From positions 108,376,001 through 108,440,000 of the forward strand of contig OZ024742.1 in assembly GCA_964016885.1 (NCBI GenBank): a stretch of 64,000 nucleotides of DNA. The letters are read 5' to 3'. The stretch is from Eledone cirrhosa (Eukaryota). Positions within the stretch are counted from its first letter, which is position 1. Each line of letters begins with the position of its first letter. The notes under the pieces are model-generated. The model saw only the letters and a list, made by a program, of their open reading frames with translations, was not told where the DNA came from and made no database searches. Position numbers and translations under genes: made by a program. Of the stretch, positions 26,351 through 40,598 are shown in pieces.

Positions 26351-26486
26351 AAATTAAAAAACAAAAACAATAGCAAGGAGTGCAGTTTACGAACAGTGTT
26401 TGGTATTAGGGTCACGCTTGAGAGTGGTGGGTGGTGGATATATATATACATATGAATGAAAAATAGAGCGAGAAACAGAACTATCC

Positions 26487-26558
26487 ATCATCAGTGATCT
26501 TCTGACTATCATCGGTATTTCTTCGCATTAAAGATGAGATACCTCAAAGTCAGTGCGA
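26487..26558 (-). ncRNA. Non-circularly-permuted hammerhead, family 1 (diverged)
   Basis: Extra helix is ctgact/agtcag, triplet AUC, and the 10.1-11.1 pair is T-A. Confidence 0.65.
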
Positions 26559-27385
26559 GCAATAACTAAAATAAGTTATTGGGATAAAAAGAATTGGGTG
26601 GAGAAAGAGAGACATGTAAACAAACAAATTCGAAAGGCGACATAAAGAGAGGAAAATGAGAAAACAAGTCAATGATACATGTGAAGTTAAGTTCTAGCAA
26701 ATCAATGACGAGAAGACGACAGACGCGTCCGAACCCTGCGAAATTTGAGCGAGAAAAGGATTTCACACAGGTCAGACGGGAGGAAGTGAGAGAGGGGGAG
26801 TAGCAGAGAGGGAGTGGGTGAAAGTGTGAGGAAGCCGCCAGCCGACAGAGTGTGACCAGCAGAGGGGGTGAATGAAAGTAAGACGTACAAGGAGAGAGAA
26901 GGGGGATAGAGAAAGAGGATAGCAGTAAGGTGATAGAAACAGACGGGTCGCAACGAGGGGAAAAATATAGGAATGCAAAATGGCGTGCATTTATATTTAA
27001 GGATCTGCTTTTCTTTTTCTTCTTCTTTGATTCGTCAAGGTGACATTATTGAAAAAAAATGAGAGGAACAATTCTTTAAAAAAAAGAGTTTTATAATGTA
27101 TATAAAATATATAAAATATATAAAATATAATCGGTTTCGATGTATCAGTATGGACCATCTTATCAAATGTTGAATATCACAATTGAAAGGAATTAAAAAG
27201 AATAAAAAAGAATAAAAGAATAAAAAAGAATAAAAGTTGAAACGGTCTATTCATGCACACACACACACACATATTTATATATACATATATATACACATAT
27301 ACATACATACACATATATATACATACATACACACATACACACGCATACACATACACACATATATATATATATTTAATATAGATGA

Positions 27386-27434
27386 GATTCTACAGGACTA
27401 GAACTGTTTCATTCATTAGAAATCATCAGGAATC
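27386..27434 (-). ncRNA. Type I hammerhead in a small fold-back (mirror copy 27435-27477 on +)
   Basis: Reverse complement: gattc-CTGATGA-t-ttc(taat)gaa-t-GAA-acag(ttctagtc)ctgt-A|gaatc. Confidence 0.75.
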
Positions 27435-27563
27435 TCCTGATGATTTCTAATGAATGAAACAGTTCTAGTCCTGTAGAATCTCATCTATATTAAAACTGTT
27501 ATACTCTGCTATGTATTGAGTACCTTACTTACTGTGGTTACCTCCGATTCAACCCGGAATAAC

Positions 27564-27632
<69 letters not shown>

Positions 27633-27857
27633 AGTATGTATGTATACGTACATACATATATGTATACAGACGTACAGTAGCATGTATATATATATATATA
27701 TATACATACAGGCACACATATATATATGCACATATCAGTTTACCGAACATTTATTATAATGTTCGCTTTGTTCGTTTGTAAACAAACGAACAGCCTGATT
27801 TACGCCGTACAGTGTTTAGGCAACCACGTCACCTTTTTGTTCAACACTGACACAGGA

Positions 27858-27900
27858 ACGATGTACTAGTTTCAACCTTGTTAGCTATCGTCAGCACCGT
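27858..27900 (-). ncRNA. Minimal type I hammerhead (family of 26064)
   Basis: Reverse complement: acggtg-CTGACGA-tagc..ggtt-GAAA-ctagta-catcgt. Confidence 0.65.
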
Positions 27901-28077
27901 ATACCTTTCTGGCAGATGGTTGAACGTCCGAAAGTATATACTTTCCTTATGAAAATTAACGGCTGAGCAGCCTAATTTTCATATCAGGCTGTTCGTTTGT
28001 TTACAAACGAACAAAGCGAACATTATAATAAATGTTCGGTAAACTGATACGTGCATATATATATATATGTGTGCCTG

Positions 28078-28157
<80 letters not shown>

Positions 28158-28266
28158 TGATACTGTACGTCTGTATACATATATGTAAGTACGTATACAT
28201 ACATACTTACATTTAAGTAAGTGCCGTACTAAGAGTGAGAAATGAAATTTCGTTTCATTCTATTCC

Positions 28267-28328
<62 letters not shown>

Positions 28329-28619
28329 GCAAATGCATACATACAATTAGATACATACAGGCATACACACACATACAAATACGCTTTAACACACCATGTT
28401 AATACAACCACTTAAAGAAAAACCTAAAAAACCTTTTGTCTGGTTAGCATAATTGAACCTCGAAAATAAGGAGCGTCTTCTTTTGTATCCCACTGTATCA
28501 CTATATTTCTCCAATCCCCTTTTAATCCATCAGCCAATGATCTCCACATATCCCAATTACCACCTTCCCCTACCACCAGAAAATGTATAAATACCACCAT
28601 AACACATTGATAGTCGCTT

Positions 28620-28664
28620 TTCCTGAGGATTTCCTTCGAATGAAACAGTTCTAGTCCTGTAGAA
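28620..28664 (+). ncRNA. Type I hammerhead (family of 27386)
   Basis: ttc-CTGAGGA-tttc(cttc)gaat-GAA-acag..ctgt-A|gaa. Confidence 0.65.
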
Positions 28665-28696
28665 GCTATTTCGATATTAAATATGTACACACACAC

Positions 28697-28743
<47 letters not shown>

Positions 28744-28770
28744 CGCACACACACACGCGCGCACACACAC

Positions 28771-28893
<123 letters not shown>

Positions 28894-29159
28894 CGTATAT
28901 ATATATTTAAGGTTTAGAAGAGTCAACTAAAGATATTAATCATTTTAAATTCATTTACTGTTCGACAATTATGTCGATTAATGCAGATTAATAAACAATT
29001 ACTCCATAAGAACGGTAAAATAATTGCATTATTATAATTATAATACATTGAGCTTATCCATATCTTGATATATATGATTCCAGTAGATACCTCCATTTAT
29101 AATACAACTCCTTATCTCTCATGGAAACACACACACACACACACACACAAGCACACACA

Positions 29160-29204
<45 letters not shown>

Positions 29205-29224
29205 TCTCACTCTATCTCTCTCTC

Positions 29225-29281
<57 letters not shown>

Positions 29282-29382
29282 TATATATAATATATATATA
29301 TATATTTATCCTTCTATGTTGTTCACTTGTGCCCCTCGCTTTACGCGATTTACTGGTCCCAATAACTTTTTTTAGTTATTGC

Positions 29383-29453
29383 TCGCACCAACCTGAGGTA
29401 TATGATTTTTAATGCGATGAAATACCAATGATGGTTGGAAAATCACTGACGAA
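29383..29453 (+). ncRNA. Non-circularly-permuted hammerhead, family 1
   Basis: Stem I is tgatttt/aaaatca (compensatory changes), core CTGACGA, and the 10.1-11.1 pair is A-T. Confidence 0.7.
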
Positions 29454-29511
29454 GGACTATTTTTATCATATGTAACCCATGTGCAACCACGCAGTATTCT
29501 TCTTTCTTCTC

Positions 29512-29552
<41 letters not shown>

Positions 29553-29642
29553 GATGTCCCAAAAATGCATACTCACTTCATCAGCATTCTAATAAATATT
29601 GCCTGTACAGGTAATGAAAGTGTATATACATATTGGTGAGAC

Positions 29643-29699
<57 letters not shown>

Positions 29700-30037
29700 G
29701 CATACATACACACACACATACACACACACGCACAACACATCTTTTGGGGAGACGGGGAAGGAGGAGTTGATTAAATCGACACCAGTGTGTTACTGGTACT
29801 TTATTTTATCGAGCCCATAAGGATGAAAGGCAAAGCTAGTCTCGGTGGAATTTGAACATATATATATATAACGAAGGAAGTGTGGTAAGGAATCAGATGG
29901 ACCATAACGCACCAGAGTACTCAATACTTAGGATAGTAGAGTGGGTAATAGGAAAATGTTTAACCCCGACGGCAGAACTCAAGCTGTTTCAATGGAGCCG
30001 TCGAAACGGCTTGAGATCTGCCTTCGGGGTTAAACAT

Positions 30038-30082
<45 letters not shown>

Positions 30083-30083
<1 letters not shown>

Positions 30084-30605
30084 TAGCTGAGGTACCCAGC
30101 TTCGCTAGGGTTAACAAATGATAAAAGAAGACCGGCAGAAGAGAAAACGTCTGTATTGAATGCATTGTCTTGTTTACAGTGTGTGTGTATTTTGTGTGTG
30201 TTTGTGTATATATATATATATGTGTGTGTGTGTGTATATATAAATATGTGTGTGTGTGTGTATATGTGTGTGCCTGTGTGAGTGTTCGTGTGCGTGTGCG
30301 TGTGCGTAGGTGTGTGTGTAAACCACCGTTGGAATCGGAGACATAGGCCGCGAAACACGATCATCACTGACAACGAACTCGAGAGAGAATCCCTTATGGT
30401 TGATTCCCAACCTGCTAGAAATAGCAGTCAGGCTGGTTAGCATACGTGGTATGTCTTTCTTCTTCTTTGGTGTTATAAAATTTGTATCAATAAACTTTCC
30501 TGGATATACTCTTATCCCAATCCTGTACATACTTTCCGATTGTCACTTCGTTTTTTTTCGTGTGATACGCGAATGAACCAATCAACAAACATTTCTCTTT
30601 TATAT
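30083..30605 (-). mobile_element. Non-autonomous Helitron-like element
   Basis: Reverse complement 3' end reads CCCTAGCGAAGCTGGG hairpin ..CAGCTAG|T. The other end (tttctcttttata) is approximate. Confidence 0.5.
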
Positions 30606-31044
30606 CTCTTTTATTTGTTCATTCAAAATATTTTTCAGCTAATTCTGTCGTACAATATACACCAGCAATCGTTATCTAATGTTTAAAACATATGAATAGC
30701 TGCAAAAACGATATGAGAATTGAATATCATACTAAAGCGCCAGTAACCTTGCTAAGAACCTGCAGATGGAAATGTTAATAAAGACAACATTTGGCTTGGG
30801 TAAACTTTAAGATGTTCTTTCATTGTAGGTTTCTTTGCTCAGCCAGTACGTTAAAGAAAATTGATAGTTACAACAATAAAGGTTGAACAGAGAACACATT
30901 TTTTAACAAACATTACAATAATTTGTACAACTATAATGGAAATTCCAATACATAAATTACATTGTTAGAGCCTCAGAGTGTACAATATTTTTTGTTCGGC
31001 TCTCGGGAGCAAAGATGAGATTGTTTGGCGAGCTCACACTAGAG

Positions 31045-34017
31045 CAGGGGTCGGCAACCTTTTGGAGAGAGAGGGCCAAACAGCTATGCAGTGTCATGGA
31101 GGAGGGTCATGTTATTAAATATGTAAATTCATTTTCTGAAGGTTTAAAGCAAAACAAGGAATTTAATATCATTTTATTTTAACAAGGCCCCTTATTTTAC
31201 TGCAGGAATAACAAAAAAAAAGAAGAAAAAACTACAAACACGTTCAACAAAAAATAGCAAATTCCTTATTTTACTGCTGGAATAACAGAAAAACAACTAC
31301 TATCACAATCAACAACAAAAAAAAGCAAATTCCTTGCTACAAACGAAATACAGTTAGAAATGGTAAATGATTTAATGAGACACTTGTTTCTGCTTATTGT
31401 GCAATAACCTCTCCACATCAGATGAAATATTTGTCGATGACAGGAGCAAAACATCATCCAGGTGGTCATCACGCAACCTTGTTCTTAAATGACTTTTAGT
31501 ATATTTCATATATATATTTTGGAAAAAAGTTGTTCACAAGCATATGTACTTACAAATAATGATATCATCAGTTTCGCATTAGTCAAGATGTTTTTATATT
31601 TTCCGCTTGGCAATATATATTTCTTGTAGAAGTCAGCAGTGTATTCGAACTGAAATTTCGATTTCAAAGATTCGTCGCACTGTAAGTCAATTAACTCCAA
31701 CTGATATTCTTCTGCCACTTGCTCCACATCTGTTTCGTAAGGAGTACCAAATAACTTAAATAAAGTTCCATATTGCCGGAAGTCAGCAAAACGAGAGGAA
31801 AATTCGTTTCTCAAATCCTTAATAGAGCTCACAAAGATGCCTGGTATTATATCTCTCTTGTGATATTGGAGACTTGGGAAATGAGAGTAGTTTCCTTTTT
31901 GAAGTTGTGATTCCCACATTCGAAGTTTTCTCTCAAAAGCAGTAATTTGACCAAACATCTCAAATACAACCTTGTTCTTTCCTTGAAGCTCAAGATTCAA
32001 AGTGTTCATGTGGGTCGTGATGTCCACTAAAAAAGCTAACTTGACAACCCACTGTGGATCCTGAAAGTAAGAATTATCTTGGTATTTGCTCTCTAAAAAC
32101 ATAGAAATCTCTTCTCTCAATGCATATACTCGTTCTATCTTTTATCCGCGGCTAAGCCATCGAACATTAAAAAAATATGTAAGGTCGCCATACTCTGCTT
32201 CAATTTGTTTTAGAAATTCTTGAAACTGGCGGTTATTTAGTCCTCTTGACAGTATAAAATTCACTGTCTTCACGACCCCTGCCATGGTGTCCTTAAAATT
32301 CAGTGAATTTGCACATAATGCTTCTCGATGAATAATGCAATGAAATTTGATTAGTTTTTGATTAATACCGATGTGCTTTTGGAGCAATGCAATAGACCCC
32401 CTTTTCTCTCCAACCATTGTTACTCCAGAAAGCTTTGATAAATCCAGATTCATTTCGGTAATCCATTTTATTATGCTTTCCAAAATATCTGCTCCAGTGC
32501 TAGTGTCCTTCATAGGAATCAATTGTACAAATTCTTCCACAATATCAAATGTTGGTGTTACACCCCTCACAAACACTGCAAGTTGACAAGTATCCTTCAT
32601 ATCTGTGGTTTCATCGATAGCAATGGAATAATACTCCAGATTATTTAAAATGCTCTTCAAGCCATTTCTGACATTTGCTGCCAGCTCTTCAATTCGCCTT
32701 GTTCTTGCCGATAAGCTGATCGCAGAAAATAATTCCCTTTTTTCTGGACAAACAACATCTGCTACCTTCAACAATAATTCTTTGAAGAAATCTCCATCAG
32801 TAAAAGGTTTCATCCTTTCTGCAATTAGTTTTGACATCTCGTAGCTAGCACGAGTGTCGCGGTCACTTTCTTCAACTTTTCTAGTGAAAAAGGATGATTG
32901 CTTTGTTACATTATTTCTCAGCCGTGCAACTTCGTTTACTCGTGCTTTTCCAGTAAAACTGTTGTAATGATTATGACGAGTTTCATAGTGCCGTTTAATA
33001 TTTTAAACTTTCTTCACGGCAATGGTTTCTTGACAAATTAAGCAAACACATTTTCCGAAGTGTTCAATAAAAAAATAGCTAAGTGTCCAGCCATCGTTAA
33101 AAGTTCGGCACTCCAAATCCACTTTTCTTTTCTTAGCTTCCATGGGCTTGTTTTTGTTCAAACAAAAAAGATTTATGGAAAGGAAAAATAACAAAAAGTA
33201 TAATAATTAGAATGAAGAAATAAGAAACAATGAAAACAAATGTAAATGCAAATACAGTAATGCGATAAAATATGATAATTGTGAATAAATTATATAAAAC
33301 CAGGTTTCTAACCACGTTGTTAGATCAGGGTTGCCATTTGTTTTTTAAACCACTTTTGGCCTAATTCTAATAATAATAATTCACACAATTTATCACAAAT
33401 AATTAAATAAACGTTATTATCGAATAAAGATACCTACTGTATAGTTGTTATACCACAAGACAAAAAACTCAAATGAAAATACTCTGGGGAGGAGGGAACG
33501 AAGTAATTTTTCCAAGGACAGTTTTACATTGTGCCAGGGGCCACAGGTAAGGTCAGGCAAACGAAGACAACAATAATTCACGAGTGATTTTATTGAATGA
33601 CAATATGGGTATAAAAGCGAGTCATGCGAACCGTAAGGTAGTATACCTTCCATTCGCTGACGAAAATGCATACTTCCAGCCAACATGTGTGTTTGTTAAC
33701 TGGAACAAAAACACATACATGAAATCACAGGAAATAATAATACAGGTGATATAATGCTTGGCGGAAAGGCCAGAAAAAGATGGATAAGAGGAAATAATAA
33801 TAAATGGAAAATATAATAAGGTTACAAAGGTATCTGTAAATATATACGGTATGAGCAGCGATTTGTGATGGGCATCAGGTCGACACAACCTTGAGTGAAC
33901 TACTGTATCTGTATTCGATACTAATTACATAATTAGTGTCCAGTGTAATATGGCGGGCCGGACAAGAATCACTCGAGGGCCGGATGTGGCCCGCGGGCCA
34001 GGGGTTGCCGACCTCTG
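31045..34017 (-). mobile_element. hAT DNA transposon (Buster/Charlie/SPIN-like), both ends intact
   Basis: TIRs CAGGGGTCGGCAACC / GGTTGCCGACCTCTG. 8-bp TSD cactagag (31037-31044) vs ctctagag (34018-34025). Confidence 0.92.
31372..33143 (-). pseudogene. hAT transposase (GTF2IRD2/SPIN-like), frameshifted
   Basis: MEAKKRKVD..CVCLIC..KRHYETRH zinc finger, YSIAIDETTD, HCIIHREAL, VRWLSRG, LAFLVD, STYACEQLFS and QVSH*. Confidence 0.9.
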
Positions 34018-34136
34018 CTCTAGAGCGTCCTACATACAACTGACCATGGTTTTCCCAGAGGGAGGCCAGCCACATTTAGGGTTTGACCCTGAGCGTTGTT
34101 GGTGGTAATCGCGAAGCTTAGTCTCTCTGTTACTCT

Positions 34137-34378
34137 AGTAACATTTTTTCTTCTGGAAAATCTGATCTTGCGGCCAGGCTAGGACTTTTTGGGTGGCATA
34201 TCGGCAGCAACAACGAGGATAAGCCGTCTGTGCTTTCGTGAAATAAATACATTTGTTATAACATTTTTTCTTCTGGAAAATCTGATCTAGCGGCCAGGTT
34301 AGGACTTTTTGGGTGGCATATCGACAGTAACAATGGCGATAAGCAGTCTGTGCTTTCGTGAAATAAATACGTTTGTTT
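34137..34378. repeat. 120-bp tandem duplication
   Basis: taacattttttcttctggaaaatctgatc... is repeated with a 120-bp period. Confidence 0.9.
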
Positions 34379-34865
34379 ATATTTTGTTTTTGTGTATGCA
34401 AAAATATCTGTACACGAATATATAATTATATATATATATATATAATTATATATATATATATATATTAAAATAACAGATTAAAGTTTATTTAAGCAAAGAA
34501 TCGCTGCTGTCATCCTTAACGGGATCTTCTGAAACTAAAAAAAATCAATCTGTGAACGCAAAAGTAAATATTTCGAAAAACGTTGCAACCGAAAGAAAAT
34601 AGGAAGAAGGTACTTTGGTTCGTGAAGACGTTAGGAAAGACGTATAACCGGAAGTGTTGACATTTGAAAATTTTAAAGAAGTGAATATTTATATATCTTT
34701 CAGTAGACAAAAATACCCTCAGTAGACAAAAATTCAGTAGACAAAAATACCCTCACTTTCTTACTTGTAAGAAGTTACATCTATGGTGCAAATTTGGTGC
34801 CGTTTGTTCCAGCCGCTTGGCGGAAAGTTTGTTACTTACATACGACCGTCAGCTTTATAGTATAT

Positions 34866-34938
<73 letters not shown>

Positions 34939-34972
34939 TTACAATAATCAAAGTTCAGTTTAAGTCATTTAT

Positions 34973-35021
34973 TTGCTTACAATTGTTTCCTCCAAACCGA
35001 GGTTTGGATTCTTCGGAGCAA
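34973..35021 (-). ncRNA. Type I hammerhead, CCGAAGA core variant
   Basis: Reverse complement: ttgct-CCGAAGA-a-tccaaac..gtttgga-g-GAA-acaattgt-A|agcaa. Confidence 0.65.
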
Positions 35022-36943
35022 CTATTTACTGATCTATAACATACTTGACCTCCTTTTCAACCCAAGAGACACATAAAACATATGCGCATATTGATCAACA
35101 GTGGGGTGACACTCATCAAATGATATAGCATGGCAATTTACATATAAAGGTTACAGGATAAAAATAAAAATAAAAATAAAAGCAAGAATGAAAATAAAGA
35201 TAAACATGAAGGGTTGGCAGTCTATGAAGATAAAGCAAGAGGAAAGCTTAGAGTAGTCAGTGCATGAAACAATCTCACGTGTAGCATGCACGCGTGTCTT
35301 ATTTATACATGATTAGAGTGCGTCAGAGTAATATTTGCAGGGTCAGGCAGTTGAAGCAGACTATCGATCTTATTATATGGGCTGAATTATTAGGTCATTT
35401 TTTCTCATACATCTGTATGATATACAGTCTCGGATGCAGGGAAACACCGAAATATCAGAAACTTTCAACATACTATAAACCTTATTGTATCGTAGGCAAA
35501 GCCGTACCACTGTCTTCGCTCACACCACCACTCACATAATCCATGAGACGCAATATATAGAACACGTGTCTATCGTATAATTCGCGATGGTTCAGCATAT
35601 AATCAAGTTATAAACCGTATCCAGTCGGTTCTTAATTAATAGATCATGCTGTCCAGATTCCGGAAGTGTCTGAATGACTAAGGGGAATTAATGCGTAAGG
35701 GGAGGTAACTAGCTAGTTATCTTAGTTAAATTACTATCCTAAACTACATTAATGGTGATTCAAATACGTGCCTATCATATGAAGTTATAACTAATTTCTA
35801 GAGTATGTTTCCCAATTATAGGTTAGAGAGTTGTCCATTAAGAAGTACAAGGGTGTATATATTAAGATGATTACCATACATTAAGGGGTGTCATATCTGA
35901 ACATTCTATAAGAGGAGTCAGACTCTTTAAGTCACTGTTCCATGCAAATGTAATATAACAGTAGGACCTGGTATGGTCCCACTATTATATATGCCCCCCG
36001 GTAGGCTCCGGGTCATTGCATGTCTGAATCTCCGGTAAATCTTCGGTATGGTCCGGAGATCTAATTTCATATATAAAGGCACTAGTCTGGTCATCAAGGA
36101 ATAGACAACCCCCATCTCATATATAAATCAATTAAGTATCACATCTACAAGTTAGAGTGGAGTCTATTAATAGGTACTAAAGGAGTTCACATCAAGATGA
36201 TTACAATCTGGAGATTAAATCTCTCATACCTTGGCACCTGTCTGGCCACCAAGCAATACATAAACTCACATCCCGCATATAGATCAGGTATCCCATCCGC
36301 AAGCTAGAGTGGAGTCCAGTAACAGTACTAAAGGAGTTCGTATCATGATGACCACAATCCACCATGGGGTGCCACACCCGGCTAATCCATAAGAAGAGAC
36401 AGACTACATAATTAATTACATGGGTCTCACTATCAGTAATGGTCTTATTATCATACATGACTCACGGCGAGATTCAGGTCGTGGTATGACTGCATCCCCG
36501 GTAAATTCACCAGGGTGGTCCGGTGGCCGGTTCTCTCGTCAAAAGGTGCCGGTCAGGTCACCAGGCAATACAGAGGCTCCTAACTCATGCATCTCCTGTG
36601 CATAATTCATTGAACTGATCGTTTACAGTATATATTCACATAACAATACGATTATCTATCTAATCATCAATCTATCTCTTGGTGGGAATCCATGCACAGG
36701 ACTATGTTATCGCAACCAGTACCGTGCCCCCGGTTTATACTAATCTTATATTTGTGCAATGCAGATTAAGTAGTCCCCGGTCCAGATATCAGAATTAGAG
36801 GTACAAGGGGGTATTCCCAGGGTAGGTGGTACTAAAATGCTGTCAGTACTATCTTTAGAGTATACAAATGGGTGTGGGTGTGAGGTGTAAGGTGAGCTAC
36901 TGATGTTAATTGCTAGGGGTGGTGCCGGTTCCAGTCTGACATT

Positions 36944-38434
36944 ATTATATATAGGGTTTAAAGTTTTGGAACGAGTGTCGGAAGCGGTGTTGGCAAGTTG
37001 CGAACACTTCTGATTTTTTATTAAGGAGATTATGTTTAAAGAAGATGATAGTATGGGTCTCTAGTAGACAGAGGTTACAAAATTTATTAGGTTGTTTGTA
37101 CGATGTTGCACTACCTACCACTTCCCATTTAAGTGTATATATTTTATTTTTAGTTTTTAGATAGTGTATGTAGCTAGATAGTGAAGTGGAGTTGGCTAGA
37201 CTGTGTTTTTTGAAAGAGTGGAGGTGCGAATTGTATCTAGTTGTGAAGCAGTTAGAAGTAGAGCCTATATAGGTTTCAGAAGAGTTGTTAGTTGTGACTG
37301 TACATGAGTATATGATATCCTTGGTTAAGCATTTTTTATCTAAAGGGCAGGTTCTACTTGATCTACAGTTACAATTACTCTGGGTGCTAGTCTGCCGGTT
37401 ACTATGCTGTGTAGAAGTTTGGATGCTTGCTATAGGGTTATGGTTATGTGGGTTGTGGTACGCGGCGTTAATGTTTACACTATTGCTATTACTATTATTT
37501 CCATTGATATTACGGTTATTTGCTATAATGTTACTTTGACTGTTATTTTGAATGTTATTTTGAAGGTTTATCGACTGTTGTGATTTAGTTTGTTGGAAGT
37601 AAGAATTATTTTTTCTTTTATTTGTACTAGCTATGTGGTATGCTAAGTTAGGCGTAGTAGAGTAAGAGATCTTAATAGTGTTTTTGTTTAAAAGGCCGTG
37701 GTACCTGTGGCCGATGGGAAGTGTTTATCTAGTAGTGAGAAGAAAGCCCTAGGTAGGTTGGTGGAGACGTTTAAATTGAAAGGAGGGTTGAAAAATGTAT
37801 TATTTCTTCTTCTATTTCTGCTTTTTATGTCTGGTGATTTGTTTCCTTTACTGTTCCTATGGTCATTTCTGTGGTGCGGGTTACTTTTGTTGTTACAATC
37901 CCTATTAGTGTGTGTGCAGTTGCTATTCCTATTGTTAAATTTTCCCATGGACATGTTGTGTGAAATGATGCTGTAGCTATGTGTTTTTATAGGTAGGAAC
38001 TCTATCTCTGTATTATGGCCTGATCTAGCTAATGCCTGATTATAATACTGAGAATTATTGTTAAATGTGTTTATGTCATAGGATAGACTAGAGATTCTAT
38101 TAGATACTCCCTTAGAGATAGAGTTCAATATAAATTTAGGGTGGTTAGACTTGGTATCTACGTAGATGAGTTTTTCATTAGGTTTGTGGAAAGGTGCATA
38201 CATCATTGAGTCTAGGTAGAGTGTGGCGTCTAGGAAGTTGACGTTTTTGGTGTTTTTGTCCATGGTAATACTAAGGTTAAAGTTTTTGAATGTTTTGTGC
38301 AATAGTTTTCTAGTCCTTTCTATATTGAATTTTTTATAGTCTATAAGTAGAAGTGCATCGTCCCGATACAAACCACCGCTGAGGTACGGAAGTTCCCTGT
38401 GGATTTGGTTAAGTAAGTATAGGCCAACTAAATC

Positions 38435-38436
<2 letters not shown>
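36944..38436 (-). pseudogene. PLE RT (C-terminal half) + GIY-YIG endonuclease, frameshift near 37700
   Basis: DLVGLYLL, GGLYRDDALL, VNFLDATL, SNHP, FFNPPF, CNC..CPLDKKC, DIIYSCTV..TYIGST, CNLCLLE and LNKKSE..CQH. Confidence 0.88.
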
Positions 38437-38497
<61 letters not shown>

Positions 38498-38557
38498 GAA
38501 TATGGGTGAGAAGAATACTGCTGGTTGCACATGGATAACATGTTATAAAATGAGTCC

Positions 38558-38629
38558 CTCATCAGTGATTTACTAAACGATCATGGGTATTTCATCGCAT
38601 TAAAAATCATATACCTCACGTTGCAGCGA
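38558..38629 (-). ncRNA. Non-circularly-permuted hammerhead, family 1 (diverged)
   Basis: Reverse complement: aggtaT-A|tgattt..tgcga-t-GAAA-taccc..aaatca-CTGATGA-g. Confidence 0.6.
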
Positions 38630-38675
38630 TAATAACTAAAATAACTTATTAGGACAATAGAAACGCGTAAAGCGA

Positions 38676-38769
<94 letters not shown>

Positions 38770-38770
<1 letters not shown>

Positions 38771-39450
38771 GAAACACCTAGTTAAATGCAAAAACACCGA
38801 CAAAACCATAACAATTAGGATAGAAACTAGGAAAGAAACCTCGGCAATCTTAGAATTAAGGAAGCACTAATTATAGACAAAACACAACCACCAATCAATA
38901 ATAGACTAGAACTCAACACCCAATTTATAACTTGATAGAACTTCTAGCCCCATATTTACACACACACCCCACACACACACGCACACACACACGCACACAC
39001 ACACGCACGCACACACACACACACACACGCTTACACCTCCACTTATTCTCTCTCTCACACACACATACACACACAAAGATCAGTTCTAACACGAGATAAC
39101 ATCTATCCCCCACATTTACGTATAGACATATCTTCTCACACTCACACACACACACTCACATACTTACACCTTCATGCATTCTCCCACACACTTAAACAGG
39201 CATGTACAAAAATAAAACCCCTTTAAAGGGAGACTACTCTTTATTCACCTAACCTTAACTCTTTGACATTAGAGATAGAACAGATACTCTACACGATTTC
39301 CTGTCAGCATGACTTGGCAAGCTATTTAGAACACTAGTTTAACCGCTTTACTTCCCTCAGAAGAAGAGATATTATCTCGAAAATTAAGGACATTTAAATA
39401 AATCTAAGGTAAAAGACTAATTGTCAACAATATCTTTTGCATTTGAAATC
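38770..39450 (+). mobile_element. 3' end of a Penelope-type element (GIY-YIG tail + hammerhead-like motif at 39353-39390)
   Basis: Encodes LRIKEALIIDKTQPPINNRLE. Motif reads cct-CAGAAGA-a-gagat(att)atctc-GAAA-atta-agg. Confidence 0.6.
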
Positions 39451-40427
39451 TTTATTCTATGTCCATACCTGCATTGTTTTGGCTTTATTATACATATACA
39501 AACGTTTATATATTTAATATATTCTACAGGACTAGAATTGTTTCAATCCAAAGAATGTTGATTTCCTTGGAAGGAAACAGTTCGAGTCCTGTAGAAGCCT
39601 TTTTCTATATTAAATATTTATACTTTGTTATATACCTTAACGTGGTTACCCCCGATTGAACACGGCATACACTTATATATATATACATATATATATATGT
39701 GTATCCGCTCTTATATATCCCTATCTATATCTCTTTATCTCGCTATAAATATATATAGAGAGAAAGAGAGATTCTGGAAATACATTAAAATATGAGACAT
39801 ACATGATTCTGTGCGCTATGACAAATCTAAACTTCTGCATAGTATTAATGTGTGGGGTGAAGTATTTCTATATAGAGTGATATAAGGGAGTAAGTTGTGT
39901 AGACGATATCAAATACGCATATAGTATTTATATAAATATGTATGAACAAGTCTAACTGGGTTTGTGGCAACGAATATTTCCTTCATCTAACATATTTCTA
40001 TTTACATATTACATGCAATTAACTAATTAACTTAAAGTAATTAATAAAAATTGCTCTTTACATCAGAAAATCAACTCAATTTAATCAGATAAGAGAACGT
40101 TATTTAATCAAACTTCTCCAGTTCAGCAATTCTGTATACTTTTTCCACCAGGACCTGTTAAGCACACAATGCAGATAATAAAGCCTGTATTCGAGTATGT
40201 GTTTTTGTGCGATGACTGTAACGTGTTGAAATATATTAGAACACTTATTCAGCTACTGTCCCTCTGGCTTTATGGACGTCTTTGAATAAAAAAGCCCTTT
40301 CTGTATATGTATATATATATATGTATATATATATTAAAATATAGAGAAAAATAATACTGCAGGTAGCACATGGTAACATGTATATATATGTATATATATA
40401 TATGTATATATATATGTATATACATAC

Positions 40428-40547
<120 letters not shown>

Positions 40548-40548
40548 G

Positions 40549-40598
<50 letters not shown>

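Larger units (their letters stand above)
34937..38436 (-). mobile_element. 5'-truncated Penelope-like (Naiad-type) element with about 2-kb 3' region ending in a hammerhead, flanked by (TA)n
   Basis: RT and GIY-YIG coding remnant at 36944-38436, hammerhead at 34973-35021, and (TA)n on both sides. Continuity of the 3' region is inferred. Confidence 0.7.

Noticed and set aside
31372-33143. Domesticated GTF2IRD2/ZBED-like host gene
   Set aside because: It has multiple frameshifts and intact TIRs and TSD, so it is a transposon copy.
36944-38436. Selenocysteine (in-frame TGA) recoding, as described for some Naiad PLEs
   Set aside because: The conserved Cys positions I could read use TGT/TGC. I saw no in-frame TGA at such sites and no SECIS, though the 5' half of the element is missing.
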